Shown: positions 38,093 to 47,355, counted from the stretch's first letter. The stretch: 64,000 bases of DNA from an uncultured Candidatus Saccharibacteria bacterium (GCA_964487615.1 CAZARM010000001.1:32226-96225); one strand, 5' to 3'. Numbers and translations: made by a program. The notes: a model not told the origin generated them from the sequence alone.

Positions 38093-39868
38093 TTAGGTTG
38101 CTATGTCAAACTTCTGCAATTTCTTCTTGTTGAGCTCGGAGCGCTTGCCTCGCTGCAATTCCAGTAGCTGGGCATAGATGCCACCACTCTTAGATAGTTT
38201 AGCAGGTGAACCAATTTCGTCGATAGTGCCGTTTCTGAGCGTAATGATTTGGTCAACGTGACTGATGGTACTTAAGCGGTGGGCAATAATGATGGTGGTA
38301 CGTCCGCGCATTAGTCGTTCCAGAGCTTCCTGGACCATGCCCTCGGACCGGCTGTCTAGACTGCTCGTGGCTTCGTCCAAGATTAAAATTGGCGCGTCCT
38401 TGAGCAAGGCCCGGGCTATGGCAATGCGCTGTTTTTGACCTCCAGAAAGTTTCAGCCCACGCTCACCAATTTCGGCATCGTAACCATCATCTAACTTGCT
38501 GATAAACTCGTGGGCATTGGCGGCTTTGGCGGCCGCAACAACCTGTTCTTCCGTAGCACCGTGGTGTGCGTAAGAGATATTTTCTCTAATCGTTCCGGAA
38601 AATAGGGCTGGCTCCTGAAAAACCACGCCGATGCCCTGGCGAAGGCTATTCTGGGTGACTGATTGGATGTCTTGACCATCAATAGTAATATTGCCTTTTT
38701 CTGGCTCATAAAGCCTCAGTAGTAGGTTAGTTAGGGTGGTTTTGCCCTCGCCACTCTCGCCCACCAAGGCAATTTTGGTATCTGGCTCAATGCTTAGCGT
38801 TATATCGTGTAATACCGGTTGTTTTTGATCGTAACTAAAGCTAACGCCGTCAAATTCAATCTGACCCTGCTTGACCTGAAGCTTTTTGGCATTCGAATGA
38901 TCTGATATTTCTGGCCGCAGATTCATAACCTCGAAGTAGTCACGGCTATCGGCTACGGCCTTCTGGGTATTTTCTACCAAGAAGCTAATAGTAAAGATTG
39001 GGATGCGGATTTGCTGCGATAGCAATATCAGGGCAACTGCCACGCCCGGCGTATAAACACCATGGGCAGCCTGCAAAAATATAAACAGATAGACAAAAAA
39101 GAACGTTACGTTTAGCACCAGCCGGCGGCGGACATCGCGGGTATGCCAAAAGTTTGATTGCGGGCGGTTGATCTCGACCGCCTTTTGGAGCCTAGCGGTA
39201 AAGAAGTTTAGTTCCCGCTTTTCTGTAATGAAGCTTTTGACGACCTTGACCTGACCGATGGCTTCGGCAAAGCGACCAGTGGCGATGTCAGACTGCAAGT
39301 TTTTTTCAGCCTGGTACTGTTGCCAGGTGTTGCTGGTTCTAACCGTTAGCCAGATGTATATCGGGTACAGGGCTAATAGCAGCAGCGCTACTGGCCAACT
39401 ATAGTACGCCACCACAACCAGCGAGAAAATCGTCGTTAGAATAAACTGCAGGAAGTTATTGCTCATCATTTGCATGAAATTAGCAATCTGCAGAATAGAG
39501 CGATTTAAGCGGTTGATGATTTTGCCTGACAATTCGGTGTCAAAATAACGCTGGGGTAGGCTCAGCAAGTGTTCATAGTAGCGAACTGATAGGATTTTAA
39601 TGAGCTTGGCAGACATCTGATCGCCTAGGTAACCACCGACATTGTTAAGCACTGTGCCCATGACGTCCAACACAAAGATTCCTAAGGCTATCAAACCCAA
39701 GTAACGGAAGGAGGCGGTAGACCCTTTGCGGATTTCATCAATCGCCCAACCGCTCAAGATTGGCAGGAGCAAGCCGCTGAGACTAACCAGCACCATGATA
39801 ATGCTGATACCAACGTAGTAGCCGCGCAGCTCACTGGCCGATTTTAAAATCTTGATAATGTGTTTCAT
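38093..39868 (-). CDS. ABC transporter, fused permease/ATP-binding (type I exporter, MsbA-like)
   Basis: 6-TM N-domain. Walker A GESGEGKTT, ABC signature LSGGQKQR, Walker B ILILDEATS. Confidence 0.9.
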   Translation of the reverse strand: MKHIIKILKSASELRGYYVGISIIMVLVSLSGLLLPILSGWAIDEIRKGSTASFRYLGLIALGIFVLDVMGTVLNNVGGYLGDQMSAKLIKILSVRYYEHLLSLPQRYFDTELSGKIINRLNRSILQIANFMQMMSNNFLQFILTTIFSLVVVAYYSWPVALLLLALYPIYIWLTVRTSNTWQQYQAEKNLQSDIATGRFAEAIGQVKVVKSFITEKRELNFFTARLQKAVEINRPQSNFWHTRDVRRRLVLNVTFFFVYLFIFLQAAHGVYTPGVAVALILLSQQIRIPIFTISFLVENTQKAVADSRDYFEVMNLRPEISDHSNAKKLQVKQGQIEFDGVSFSYDQKQPVLHDITLSIEPDTKIALVGESGEGKTTLTNLLLRLYEPEKGNITIDGQDIQSVTQNSLRQGIGVVFQEPALFSGTIRENISYAHHGATEEQVVAAAKAANAHEFISKLDDGYDAEIGERGLKLSGGQKQRIAIARALLKDAPILILDEATSSLDSRSEGMVQEALERLMRGRTTIIIAHRLSTISHVDQIITLRNGTIDEIGSPAKLSKSGGIYAQLLELQRGKRSELNKKKLQKFDIAT

Positions 39869-39989
39869 TATCTAAAGCTTAACAGGCTAAGTTAGCCTTG
39901 CCTACCTGTTTTTGATTGACTAATCTTCCAAAACTTACGAACAGCTATGTGTTCTTAAACTTTGGGAGAAGACAGATGTGAGAAGTTTT

Positions 39990-40470
39990 ATAGAAAAGAA
40001 AGGGAGCGAAGGCTCGACCAAACATTTTCTAACCTGCGTCAGTTATCTCCTTGTAGAACCAGTGGGTCCCCGACCTCGCGACTTTGCGCGGGAGCAGATG
40101 GCTGCGAGGTCGGGGACACCTGCTGGGGTGGTAAGAGCGTGGACTGCTCTCTTACCGCATGGGGCCTAGGGCCTCACGAATGGGCCTGGCGGTTGTTCAC
40201 ACGCATCTTTCCAGCGGCGGGTGCTGAAACGACGGGGATCACACCACCAGGCACCAAATGGAGCTATAAATTACAGCTCTCGAACTTGACCAGTGGTCTC
40301 TCGTAGCGCCGTTGTACGGGCAGTTTCGCATATCTGCGTCGCTGACACTACGAGAGACTCACCGGGCTGGTGGGGCGAAATCGGGAAACGCCAGGTCGGG
40401 GCGAACGGCCTGCAGCGACAGAACACGGACGAAGTTTCTTCGTACGCCTGGAACTCCATCTCTGGAATAC
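39990..40470. ncRNA. Candidate structured ncRNA locus (strand unresolved). About 58-60% GC, ORF-poor, with several long perfect helices.
   Basis: Helix 40065-40079/40103-40117 (15 bp); the same arm can also pair with 40391-40405. Helix GGTAAGAG/CTCTTACC at 40130-40157. Helix 40291-40307/40349-40367. Weak resemblance to RNase P CR-II (GGGGUGGUAAGAGCG) and to ACAGAAC. No canonical P4, and no tmRNA tag ORF found. Confidence 0.3.
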
Positions 40471-40480
40471 GCTTCCCTTG

Positions 40481-40551
40481 CTCCGCCAGTAGGACTCGAA
40501 CCTACAACCTCCTCACCTGAGTGAAGTGCTCTGCCATTGAGCTATGACGAA
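40481..40551 (-). ncRNA. tRNA-like element. Acceptor stem, D-arm (GCTC-AATGGCA-GAGC) and T-arm (GTAGG-TTCGAGT-CCTAC) are canonical. The anticodon region instead forms a 6-bp/4-nt hairpin (CTTCAC-TCAG-GTGAGG). No 7-nt anticodon loop can be drawn. CCA is not encoded.
   Basis: Folded manually from the reverse complement. The U1-A72 acceptor stem has two G-U pairs. It is either a tRNA pseudogene or the tRNA-like module of the adjacent GC-rich RNA. Confidence 0.35.
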
Positions 40552-40960
40552 AGGAACTTTTAACTACATCGTAGTCTATGATGACTATTCACGTACTCGC
40601 GAACAAACATCATAGACCACTGGGCAAAAAATTCCTGCCGGGCTATCCTAGTTCAAAAAATAACTTAAATCACATCTGTCAAAGTACGTTTCAGGAGCCA
40701 AAACTCAACCGAAACAGCTTCATTTATACCACAAGAGCCAACTTCTATCAACTATAATTACCCACTAGGGACGCTCTAGACAGCACGGATGTCACGCCTC
40801 TCCACTATAGTGCCAGCCATTTTCTCCACCAGAAGCGGACCAGGCTGTACAACAAGGTACTGCTTGGGAGTATCGGAGTTGACAAATGGCTGTGGTGCAA
40901 AGAGATTAGCGGTGCTGTTGGCTCCTGCCAGCAGGCAGGCTAATCGGTGGAGAGGCATGA

Positions 40961-42700
40961 CTACCAGCCGCCACCACCGCCTCCACCACCACCACCTCCG
41001 GAAAAACCACCGCCGCCGCTGCCCGAGCTACTAGAGCTAGTGGAGGCCGAAAAGCTACTATTCATGGCCGAGACACCGGTTGTTAAAGTGTTCGCAAATG
41101 CCGCCATCTGGAACGTCGAGAAGTTGCCGTCGTACCAGCTTGGCGGTTGTTTATAGATATCCTCAAATTGCTTGGACCAGGACTTCTCGACGCCCAAGGC
41201 CACTGCAAATGGCAGCAGCTTTTCAAACAGCTCAACTGTTTGGGACGGTGCGGCATACGGCCGGTCTACGCTTTGAAGCATCTTGAGCCGGTCTTTCTCG
41301 GCCGTCTTCATATATAGTTCCAAGCCTTTGACTTTTTCATAAGCCTCCACGCCGGCGTGACTGCGGCGGCGCATTAGGCCAGCATAGAAAATTGCGCTTA
41401 ACATAGCCCAGATTAGCCCTAAAATCCAGCCCCAACCCTGGCCAGTGACAAACAGCAACACAAAAGAACCCACTGCTGTAGCAATCAGCCAGTTACGCAC
41501 GTGAGTCGGCTTGTCTTCGAACAGACCATAATCTTTAGTTAGCTTGGACTTGAGGTCTCTCCGAATAACGGTAACTGTGGTGTACATAGCTGTTCGATCG
41601 ATTTTTGAGATACTCTGAAGTGCGCCTTTAGTGGCGGGGCTAAACAATGTCCCCAGCAAGGACGACTCATGGGGCTTAAGACCAGCGAAATCATCATTGA
41701 CTAGCTCCAGGGAAAATTCGCGTTTTTTAAACACTAGCGCCTGGGTCTTCTGTTCGTCATGGATCTGGATGTAACCACGCACAGCTAGATCAATGATCGT
41801 GGCAGACAGATCTCGGCCATCTACCCGGTAATCCATCAGCAGCCCGACTTCCGCTGGCGACAGACCCTTGGGTGGTTCGTACTCCGGCACAATTACGCCA
41901 CGACCTTTGTAATCTTTGCCGTATTTGCGCCACACATTAAAGCACACCAGGCTAGTAATCACACCGGTGGCTATGCCTACCAGCTGCCACCAGTTGTCCC
42001 GCAGCCAATCATTACGGTCGCGCGGTGTGATCAAGCCCTTTTGTAAAGGCGAGGCGACTGTTAGCGTCTCAAAAGCCTCTAAACGACGGCTAGCCTCAAA
42101 TTTATAGCCTCTATCAGTTCTTGTCAGCTGGCAAGCCTGTTCTGTACTGCCAAGTTTTCCGGTGTAGCATGCTGGTGTGGGCAAGCCCTGATCATTCCAA
42201 GACGCTGGGAAGATAACTTCACCAGCGACTTTTTCAAACGGTTGACCCCACTGATTACCATTTACGTCCCAGTACCACTCGTCAAAGCCGTTCTGGTAAT
42301 TGACTACACCTATCATTTCGTACTTGATCTTGTAGCTATGATCACCAGTGATGGTTTGATTAGCATTGCCTATCTTTAGAACTTTATTATTAGCCTGTTC
42401 GTAGCTGGTAAAAGGTTCGCTGTTACCATCACGCTCAATTGATGTGACGTGCAATTTCGCTGAGTGGCCTTGATAATCAGTTGGTATAGCCCGGTAGATT
42501 CCGTGGTTATAATCGCTGAAGGTCAGATGAATGTCTTCTTCTACCTGCAAACGGCCGCCATGAACGTCGTTAAACAATTCGTAGCGGCCGTCGAACTCGT
42601 GGATGACAAAGTCATTAACGTCCGCGTCGGCACGGCCAGGTAATAGAAATAGCACTGACGCAATAAACGTCAGGGTCAGGAGTGCGAATAGCTTTTTCAT
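40961..42700 (-). CDS. DUF2207-like membrane protein with a signal peptide, two TM helices and a Gly-rich C-terminal tail
   Basis: Domain order and the terminal SGSGGGGFSGGGGGGGGGGGW tail are typical of the DUF2207 family. Confidence 0.55.
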   Translation of the reverse strand: MKKLFALLTLTFIASVLFLLPGRADADVNDFVIHEFDGRYELFNDVHGGRLQVEEDIHLTFSDYNHGIYRAIPTDYQGHSAKLHVTSIERDGNSEPFTSYEQANNKVLKIGNANQTITGDHSYKIKYEMIGVVNYQNGFDEWYWDVNGNQWGQPFEKVAGEVIFPASWNDQGLPTPACYTGKLGSTEQACQLTRTDRGYKFEASRRLEAFETLTVASPLQKGLITPRDRNDWLRDNWWQLVGIATGVITSLVCFNVWRKYGKDYKGRGVIVPEYEPPKGLSPAEVGLLMDYRVDGRDLSATIIDLAVRGYIQIHDEQKTQALVFKKREFSLELVNDDFAGLKPHESSLLGTLFSPATKGALQSISKIDRTAMYTTVTVIRRDLKSKLTKDYGLFEDKPTHVRNWLIATAVGSFVLLFVTGQGWGWILGLIWAMLSAIFYAGLMRRRSHAGVEAYEKVKGLELYMKTAEKDRLKMLQSVDRPYAAPSQTVELFEKLLPFAVALGVEKSWSKQFEDIYKQPPSWYDGNFSTFQMAAFANTLTTGVSAMNSSFSASTSSSSSGSGGGGFSGGGGGGGGGGGW

Positions 42701-45183
42701 ATTCGCTCAGTGCCAAGCTTTTGGTGCACCTCATCGGCGATGGCATCTAATAGTTCACTGACTTCATTCGTCGTCAGCGTGCGGTCGTGAGCATGTACAG
42801 TGAACCGGTAGCTGATATTCTTATGATTGTCGTGTTCTGGCTGGTAAATACTTAACGGGCCGCGAGTCACTTCCAACTTTTTTTCTCCCATACTGACCCG
42901 AGTAGCTTCGGCTATCGCATCATCTAATTCTTGGAAAGCTTCCTGCGCACCGACTTTGAGAGTCATGTCCTGTTCGACTTTTGGAAAACGTGGCAATGGT
43001 TGGTACTTAGGAGCAGACGGCACCACGGCAATCAACTGCTCTAGCCCAATTTCAAAACCTGCAGAAAACTGTGGTAGCTTGAGTTCACGAATAACGTTTG
43101 GTTTAAACTCCCCAACAATACCCAACAAATTTCCCGACTCGCTGTCGTGAACCAGGGCTGAGCGAGCCGTATTAAACGGCTGCATGCTGGCAAAGTCCGA
43201 TGCTTGCTTGATAGGCTGGTATTTTAAAGCGATGCCTAGGTCCATTGCCAGAGCATCCAAATAGGTACGGGCTTGATAAAACGCCGCCCCGGATTTCTTA
43301 GCCTGATCACCAGCCGCTGCTACAAAGGCCAGCATATTAAATTCTTGGGGAATGCCGTCCTCAACGTGAGCTTTGTTGTGTGTTTTGTTCATCTCAAACA
43401 TTGCTAGCTCAGGGGCACCGGCCTTGATATTAGAATGTACTTTATCGAGCAGGCTGGGTATTAGCGTCTGCCGGTAGTATTGCAAATCAGGGCTGAGAGC
43501 ATTGGATAATTTAAAGGCCTTGTCCTGGTCTTGCCCAGCCGTAGCCAGCAGGTCGCCATGGACAAAGCTGTAGGTCAATACTTCATTTGCACCATTGCGT
43601 GACAATATGTCGCGAATTCGCGCCTTGAAGTCAAACTCTGGGTTGCGCTTGGTTGGCTTGATCGAACGCATCGGCAGGTCAAGTGGAAGCTTTTCGTACC
43701 CATACAATCGACCCACTTCCTCGACGATGTCCTCGGCTATTTCAATATCAGTGCGCCAGAATGGTGGCTTGACGGCCAGCTGTTTGCCGATGCTCATGAC
43801 TTTAAACTCTACGTTTTCAAGCAGATCGGTTATTCTTTTGACAGTTAGGTTTAAGCCTAGCCGGTCATTTATGAACGACGGGGTCACGCGAACGGTCGCT
43901 GGCTCTGGCAGTGATTTGCCGGTGTCAACAACATCGCCAATTACTGCGGCATCAGCGAACTGCCTCAACAGTTGCACAGCTTTATGTAATACCCGGTCAT
44001 TTTGCAGATGGCTCTGGCCTTTGGTAAATCTGGTGCTGGCATCAGTGAACAACCCGTACTCCATGGCACTGCGCCGGATGGTGTACATATCAAAACTGGC
44101 GACTTCCAGGATGATATTGCTGGTATCTTCATCTGTCTCCGTCCCGGCACCGCCCATAATACCGGCGACGCCTACGGGTGTGTCGCCAGAGGTGATCAGA
44201 ATTGTCGAGTCGTCATTTAGTTCCAGATCCTTGCCGTTTAGAAGCTTCAGCTTATCGCCCTTTTTTGACATTCGTGCCCCTAAGTTACCGGCTAGTGGCA
44301 ATTTATCGGCATCATAGGCATGCATCGGCTGGCCAGTCAAATACATCATGTAGTTGGTAACGTCTACAGCAGTATTAATTGGTCGCAAGCCAACACGGTT
44401 CAGGTAGGTTTGCAGCCAAAACGGGCTGGGGCCGTTGTGAGCAATGCTCAGTGGCAGGGCCATAAAGCGAGGTACTAGCTTTGGTACGTCATTTTTGACT
44501 GTTACTTTAAGGGAACGAGGGTCTGGCATAAGTTCTGATTTTTTAAACTCAACATACCACTTGGGGCTGGTGAACGGCTGGCCTTGGATGCCAGCAATTT
44601 CCCGGGCCACACCCAAGATTCCAAACAAGTCTGGCCGGTGAGTGAACATTTTGTTCTCGATATCTACTACATAGTCGTCCAGGTGATAGGTGGCGGCAAA
44701 ATCAGCACCGGGCTTGGCGTCACCACGGTCTAGCTCCACGATGCCAGAGTGGTCATCACTAATCGCCAGCTCGTGGCTGCTGGCTAGCATGCCGTTGCTG
44801 ACTTGCCCGCGAATCTCCCGGGCTTCTAGCACAAAAGGCTCTTTATCAACACTGCTAGGTACAGTAACGCCGGGTGGCAACCAAGCTACCAGCAAACCTT
44901 CACGCACATTTGGGGCGCCACAAATAACTTGCACATAGCCCTTAGCATCTCGGTCTACGCGCTTAGCTGCTCGGCCATCATCGATTTTGCAGACCTGAAG
45001 TTTGTCAGCGCCTGGGTGTTTGACGCACTCCACGACTTTGGCAACGATGATGCCCTGGTATTTTTTGCCAACGTCGATGACTTCTTCAACCGCGCCAATC
45101 TGAGCGCCGATTTTAGCCACCATGGCGTCGACTGTTAGATCAGCCTTGGTGAATTCTCTAACCCAATTGAGACTTACTTTCAT
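42697..45183 (-). CDS. pheT: Phenylalanine--tRNA ligase beta subunit
   Basis: 828 aa with tRNA-binding, B3/4, B5 and FDX-ACB domains. N-terminal MKVSLNWVREF. Confidence 0.95.
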   Translation of the reverse strand: MKVSLNWVREFTKADLTVDAMVAKIGAQIGAVEEVIDVGKKYQGIIVAKVVECVKHPGADKLQVCKIDDGRAAKRVDRDAKGYVQVICGAPNVREGLLVAWLPPGVTVPSSVDKEPFVLEAREIRGQVSNGMLASSHELAISDDHSGIVELDRGDAKPGADFAATYHLDDYVVDIENKMFTHRPDLFGILGVAREIAGIQGQPFTSPKWYVEFKKSELMPDPRSLKVTVKNDVPKLVPRFMALPLSIAHNGPSPFWLQTYLNRVGLRPINTAVDVTNYMMYLTGQPMHAYDADKLPLAGNLGARMSKKGDKLKLLNGKDLELNDDSTILITSGDTPVGVAGIMGGAGTETDEDTSNIILEVASFDMYTIRRSAMEYGLFTDASTRFTKGQSHLQNDRVLHKAVQLLRQFADAAVIGDVVDTGKSLPEPATVRVTPSFINDRLGLNLTVKRITDLLENVEFKVMSIGKQLAVKPPFWRTDIEIAEDIVEEVGRLYGYEKLPLDLPMRSIKPTKRNPEFDFKARIRDILSRNGANEVLTYSFVHGDLLATAGQDQDKAFKLSNALSPDLQYYRQTLIPSLLDKVHSNIKAGAPELAMFEMNKTHNKAHVEDGIPQEFNMLAFVAAAGDQAKKSGAAFYQARTYLDALAMDLGIALKYQPIKQASDFASMQPFNTARSALVHDSESGNLLGIVGEFKPNVIRELKLPQFSAGFEIGLEQLIAVVPSAPKYQPLPRFPKVEQDMTLKVGAQEAFQELDDAIAEATRVSMGEKKLEVTRGPLSIYQPEHDNHKNISYRFTVHAHDRTLTTNEVSELLDAIADEVHQKLGTERI

Positions 45184-45605
45184 GCCAAGTCTCCGAACTC
45201 GGTCAGTGTTGCAGTTTCTTCAGGGTGAGCCAGATCAGAATAGCGTAGCCAGGTAGGAGTGATCAGGAAGTAGACTTGGCCGGCTTCACCAGCAAACCTT
45301 TTGGCAGCCGGGACTTTTTCATAATGTTTAGCCACCCGCTCTTCCAGCTCGTCACCTGTTACTTGGTGAGCTTGCCCCTCATACTGAACAGTTATAGCAC
45401 CTTCGGTGCCGACTACTAACGCCACGGCCGGATTTGCTTTGAGGTTAGGATACTTTCGGCTTTTTTCATTGGTGCCTATAAAAAACTGGTATTGCGCGTT
45501 ATGAGAAAACCCTATCGTCGCCGCTTGGGGCTTTCCGTCCTGATTAACCGTTGCTAAGACACAAGTATTGTGGCCACTCAAAAATTCATTAATCTTGTTG
45601 CTCAT
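45180..45605 (-). CDS. Pyridoxamine 5'-phosphate oxidase-family (FMN-binding split-barrel) protein, inserted between pheS and pheT
   Basis: 141 aa. N-terminal TCVLATVNQDGKPQAATIGF...NPAVALVV pattern typical of the PPOX/general stress protein 26 family. Overlapping start and stop with both neighbours. Confidence 0.65.
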   Translation of the reverse strand: MSNKINEFLSGHNTCVLATVNQDGKPQAATIGFSHNAQYQFFIGTNEKSRKYPNLKANPAVALVVGTEGAITVQYEGQAHQVTGDELEERVAKHYEKVPAAKRFAGEAGQVYFLITPTWLRYSDLAHPEETATLTEFGDLA

Positions 45606-46657
45606 TTGAACTGCCTCAGGAAGTCTAGTTTGCCAGAGTGGAAATTACGGACGTCTTCGATGTCGTACTTCATCATGACTAATCTATCCAGTCCCATGCC
45701 GCCAGCAAAACCAGTGTAAATCTCTGGATCGATGCCAGCCATTTTTAGAACATTGGGGTGAACCATGCCCATGCCTAACAGCTCAATCCAACCGCTGTAA
45801 CTACAAACATTGCAGCCCTTTTTGCGACAAAACGGACAGCTCAGGGCCAGCTCTAGGCTGGGCTCGGTGAATGGAAAGTAAAATGGCTGGCTCTTGATTT
45901 CTAACTTCTGCCCGTAGTATTCCTCTAAAAATGTTTTGAAGGTAGCTATCAGATTGCCGGCGTGGATGCCCTTGCCAACATACATAATCTCTACCTGGTA
46001 GAAGGTATGCTCATGTCTGGCATCAACGTCTTCGTTGCGGAAGGTCCGGCCAGTGTAAACGGTACTGATGGGAGTTCCTTTTTCCAAGCCAGCTTTGCCC
46101 TGTTTTAAGACACGAGTTTGCATAATACTGGCGTGTGCTGGTGCCACGTAAGGATGGCCATTTTTGTCCATCTCTTTGGTCATAAAGGTGTCATAGTCGT
46201 CCCTCGCCGGGTGTCCAGCCGGAAAGTTGAGCGAACTAAACATGTGATATTCATCGTCTAACTGCCGGGATTCCACGGCATTGAAGCCCATACGGTAGAA
46301 AATATCTAGCACATGATCCAGCTCCGTCATTAATGGGTGCTTACTGCCTAGGCTGCTGGGCAACACCGTTGGTCGTTGCTCAGACTCTACGTTCACGTCA
46401 AAGGGAGCGGTAACGTCGATCGGCTGCAACTTCTCGGCTTTGTCAGCGTGTTCAGCAACTAATTGCTCAAGTTCCGCCTTTAGCTTGTTAATCTCCTTGC
46501 CAAATGAGCCTCTGTCTTCAGCGGGCAGTGTTGTGATCTCTGAGTATAGTGCTTTTAGCTCCACCGACTTCAAAATTTCGGTCTTGTTATCAAGTTCCGA
46601 CAACCGACTTTTTAGAGCCTTCGCAACTTCAGCAATTTTAGGATTTTGGTAGCTCAT
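45602..46657 (-). CDS. pheS: Phenylalanine--tRNA ligase alpha subunit
   Basis: Class II aaRS motifs (FPFTEPS, GMGLDRLVM). 351 aa. Confidence 0.95.
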   Translation of the reverse strand: MSYQNPKIAEVAKALKSRLSELDNKTEILKSVELKALYSEITTLPAEDRGSFGKEINKLKAELEQLVAEHADKAEKLQPIDVTAPFDVNVESEQRPTVLPSSLGSKHPLMTELDHVLDIFYRMGFNAVESRQLDDEYHMFSSLNFPAGHPARDDYDTFMTKEMDKNGHPYVAPAHASIMQTRVLKQGKAGLEKGTPISTVYTGRTFRNEDVDARHEHTFYQVEIMYVGKGIHAGNLIATFKTFLEEYYGQKLEIKSQPFYFPFTEPSLELALSCPFCRKKGCNVCSYSGWIELLGMGMVHPNVLKMAGIDPEIYTGFAGGMGLDRLVMMKYDIEDVRNFHSGKLDFLRQFK

Positions 46658-46699
46658 TGTGAATTCCAGTATAACAGATGGGCAACAGAGAGCAGTATA

Positions 46700-46728
46700 T
46701 TGACATATCTTGACGCTTATGCTATAAT
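46700..46728 (+). promoter_or_regulatory. Sigma70-type promoter, TTGACA-17 bp-TATAAT, driving the GC-rich ORF at 46884
   Basis: Exact consensus hexamers with 17-bp spacing, read directly. About 150-nt 5' UTR with hairpins at 46737-46763 and 46789-46832. Confidence 0.6.
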
Positions 46729-46883
46729 GTATTAGTTTTCAGTGGAGTTTACTCCTGAAAACGCCCTTTGACAGAGTAGAGAAGAAATAGATTGGCACTA
46801 TTGCGCATAGAGCCGTGCTCAGCAATGCCAATCTATCTCAATATCCCCTAGCATTCACCCACACACCGTTCCGAGGAGGAACA

Positions 46884-47351
46884 ATGTCATTCCGTCCGAC
46901 CCAACGCGGTAATCGCACCCTGCATGTGATAGCGGTCCTCGTGGCTGCCATCTGCGCATCCCTCATCGTGAGCCTCACGTACGGATACGGAGATGATCCC
47001 AGACCTGCCAACCCCTACACCCCCACCCCCTCCGGCCAAGAAGCCATCGACGGCGTTGCGCCACCAGGAATCACCATTTCCTACGGAGTGAACTCCCTGT
47101 ACGTCGCAACCAGCAGTCGGCTCAATGACCGTCCCAACGTCACCTTCATCCTCCCCCTCACCGAGGAAGATGATCGTCGACTGGACGAGATGTTGCCGCA
47201 GGGCAAAGACATCGTCAGGGAGCTGGCCAAGATCGACGAGATCGAGGTCATCTACCTTCTGGAAGACGGTGTGGTCGTCGACTACAAGCCGGGCTCATCA
47301 CGAGATGAACTGCTCGACCAGGTCACGACCATCATCGGAATGTACGGGTGA
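46884..47351 (+). CDS. Membrane-anchored, Pro-rich-linker secreted protein of unknown function. Its GC3-rich codon usage is compositionally foreign.
   Basis: Start set at ATG 46884, preceded by the GAGGAGGA RBS. TM helix HVIAVLVAAICASLIVSL, linker DDPRPANPYTPTPSGQEAIDGVAPPG, and a C-terminal domain of about 110 aa. Most codons end in G/C, unlike the neighbouring genes. Confidence 0.6.
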   Translation: MSFRPTQRGNRTLHVIAVLVAAICASLIVSLTYGYGDDPRPANPYTPTPSGQEAIDGVAPPGITISYGVNSLYVATSSRLNDRPNVTFILPLTEEDDRRLDEMLPQGKDIVRELAKIDEIEVIYLLEDGVVVDYKPGSSRDELLDQVTTIIGMYG

Positions 47352-47355
47352 AAGT

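Noticed and set aside
39962-40306. 114-aa ORF (and overlapping 63-75-aa ORFs) in the GC-rich intergenic region
   Set aside because: Arg/Gly/Trp/Cys-rich translation typical of random GC-rich sequence, no RBS, and the region is dominated by RNA-like helices. Treated as non-coding.
40481-40551. Calling the tRNA-like element tRNA-Leu(CAG) or tRNA-Sec on the basis of CAG/TCA triplets in the central hairpin
   Set aside because: No arrangement gives a 7-nt loop with U33 and a purine at position 37 flanked by a paired 5-bp stem. The anticodon-arm positions have zero Watson-Crick pairs in the canonical register.
39990-40560. tmRNA (ssrA) hypothesis for the GC-rich locus
   Set aside because: The best in-frame candidate tag peptide ends ...GQVREL* without the usual Ala-rich hydrophobic terminus, there is no GGGG...ACCA acceptor pairing, and the tRNA-like module has a full D-arm, which tmRNA lacks. 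Not supported, though a scan with a covariance model is still advisable.
46658-46815. T-box riboswitch upstream of pheS
   Set aside because: The pheS leader (minus strand) has hairpins, but I could not identify the conserved T-box sequence (AATTAGGGTGGNACCGCG) or a specifier loop by eye. The strongest signals in this region belong to the plus-strand promoter of the foreign cassette. Left as unverified.
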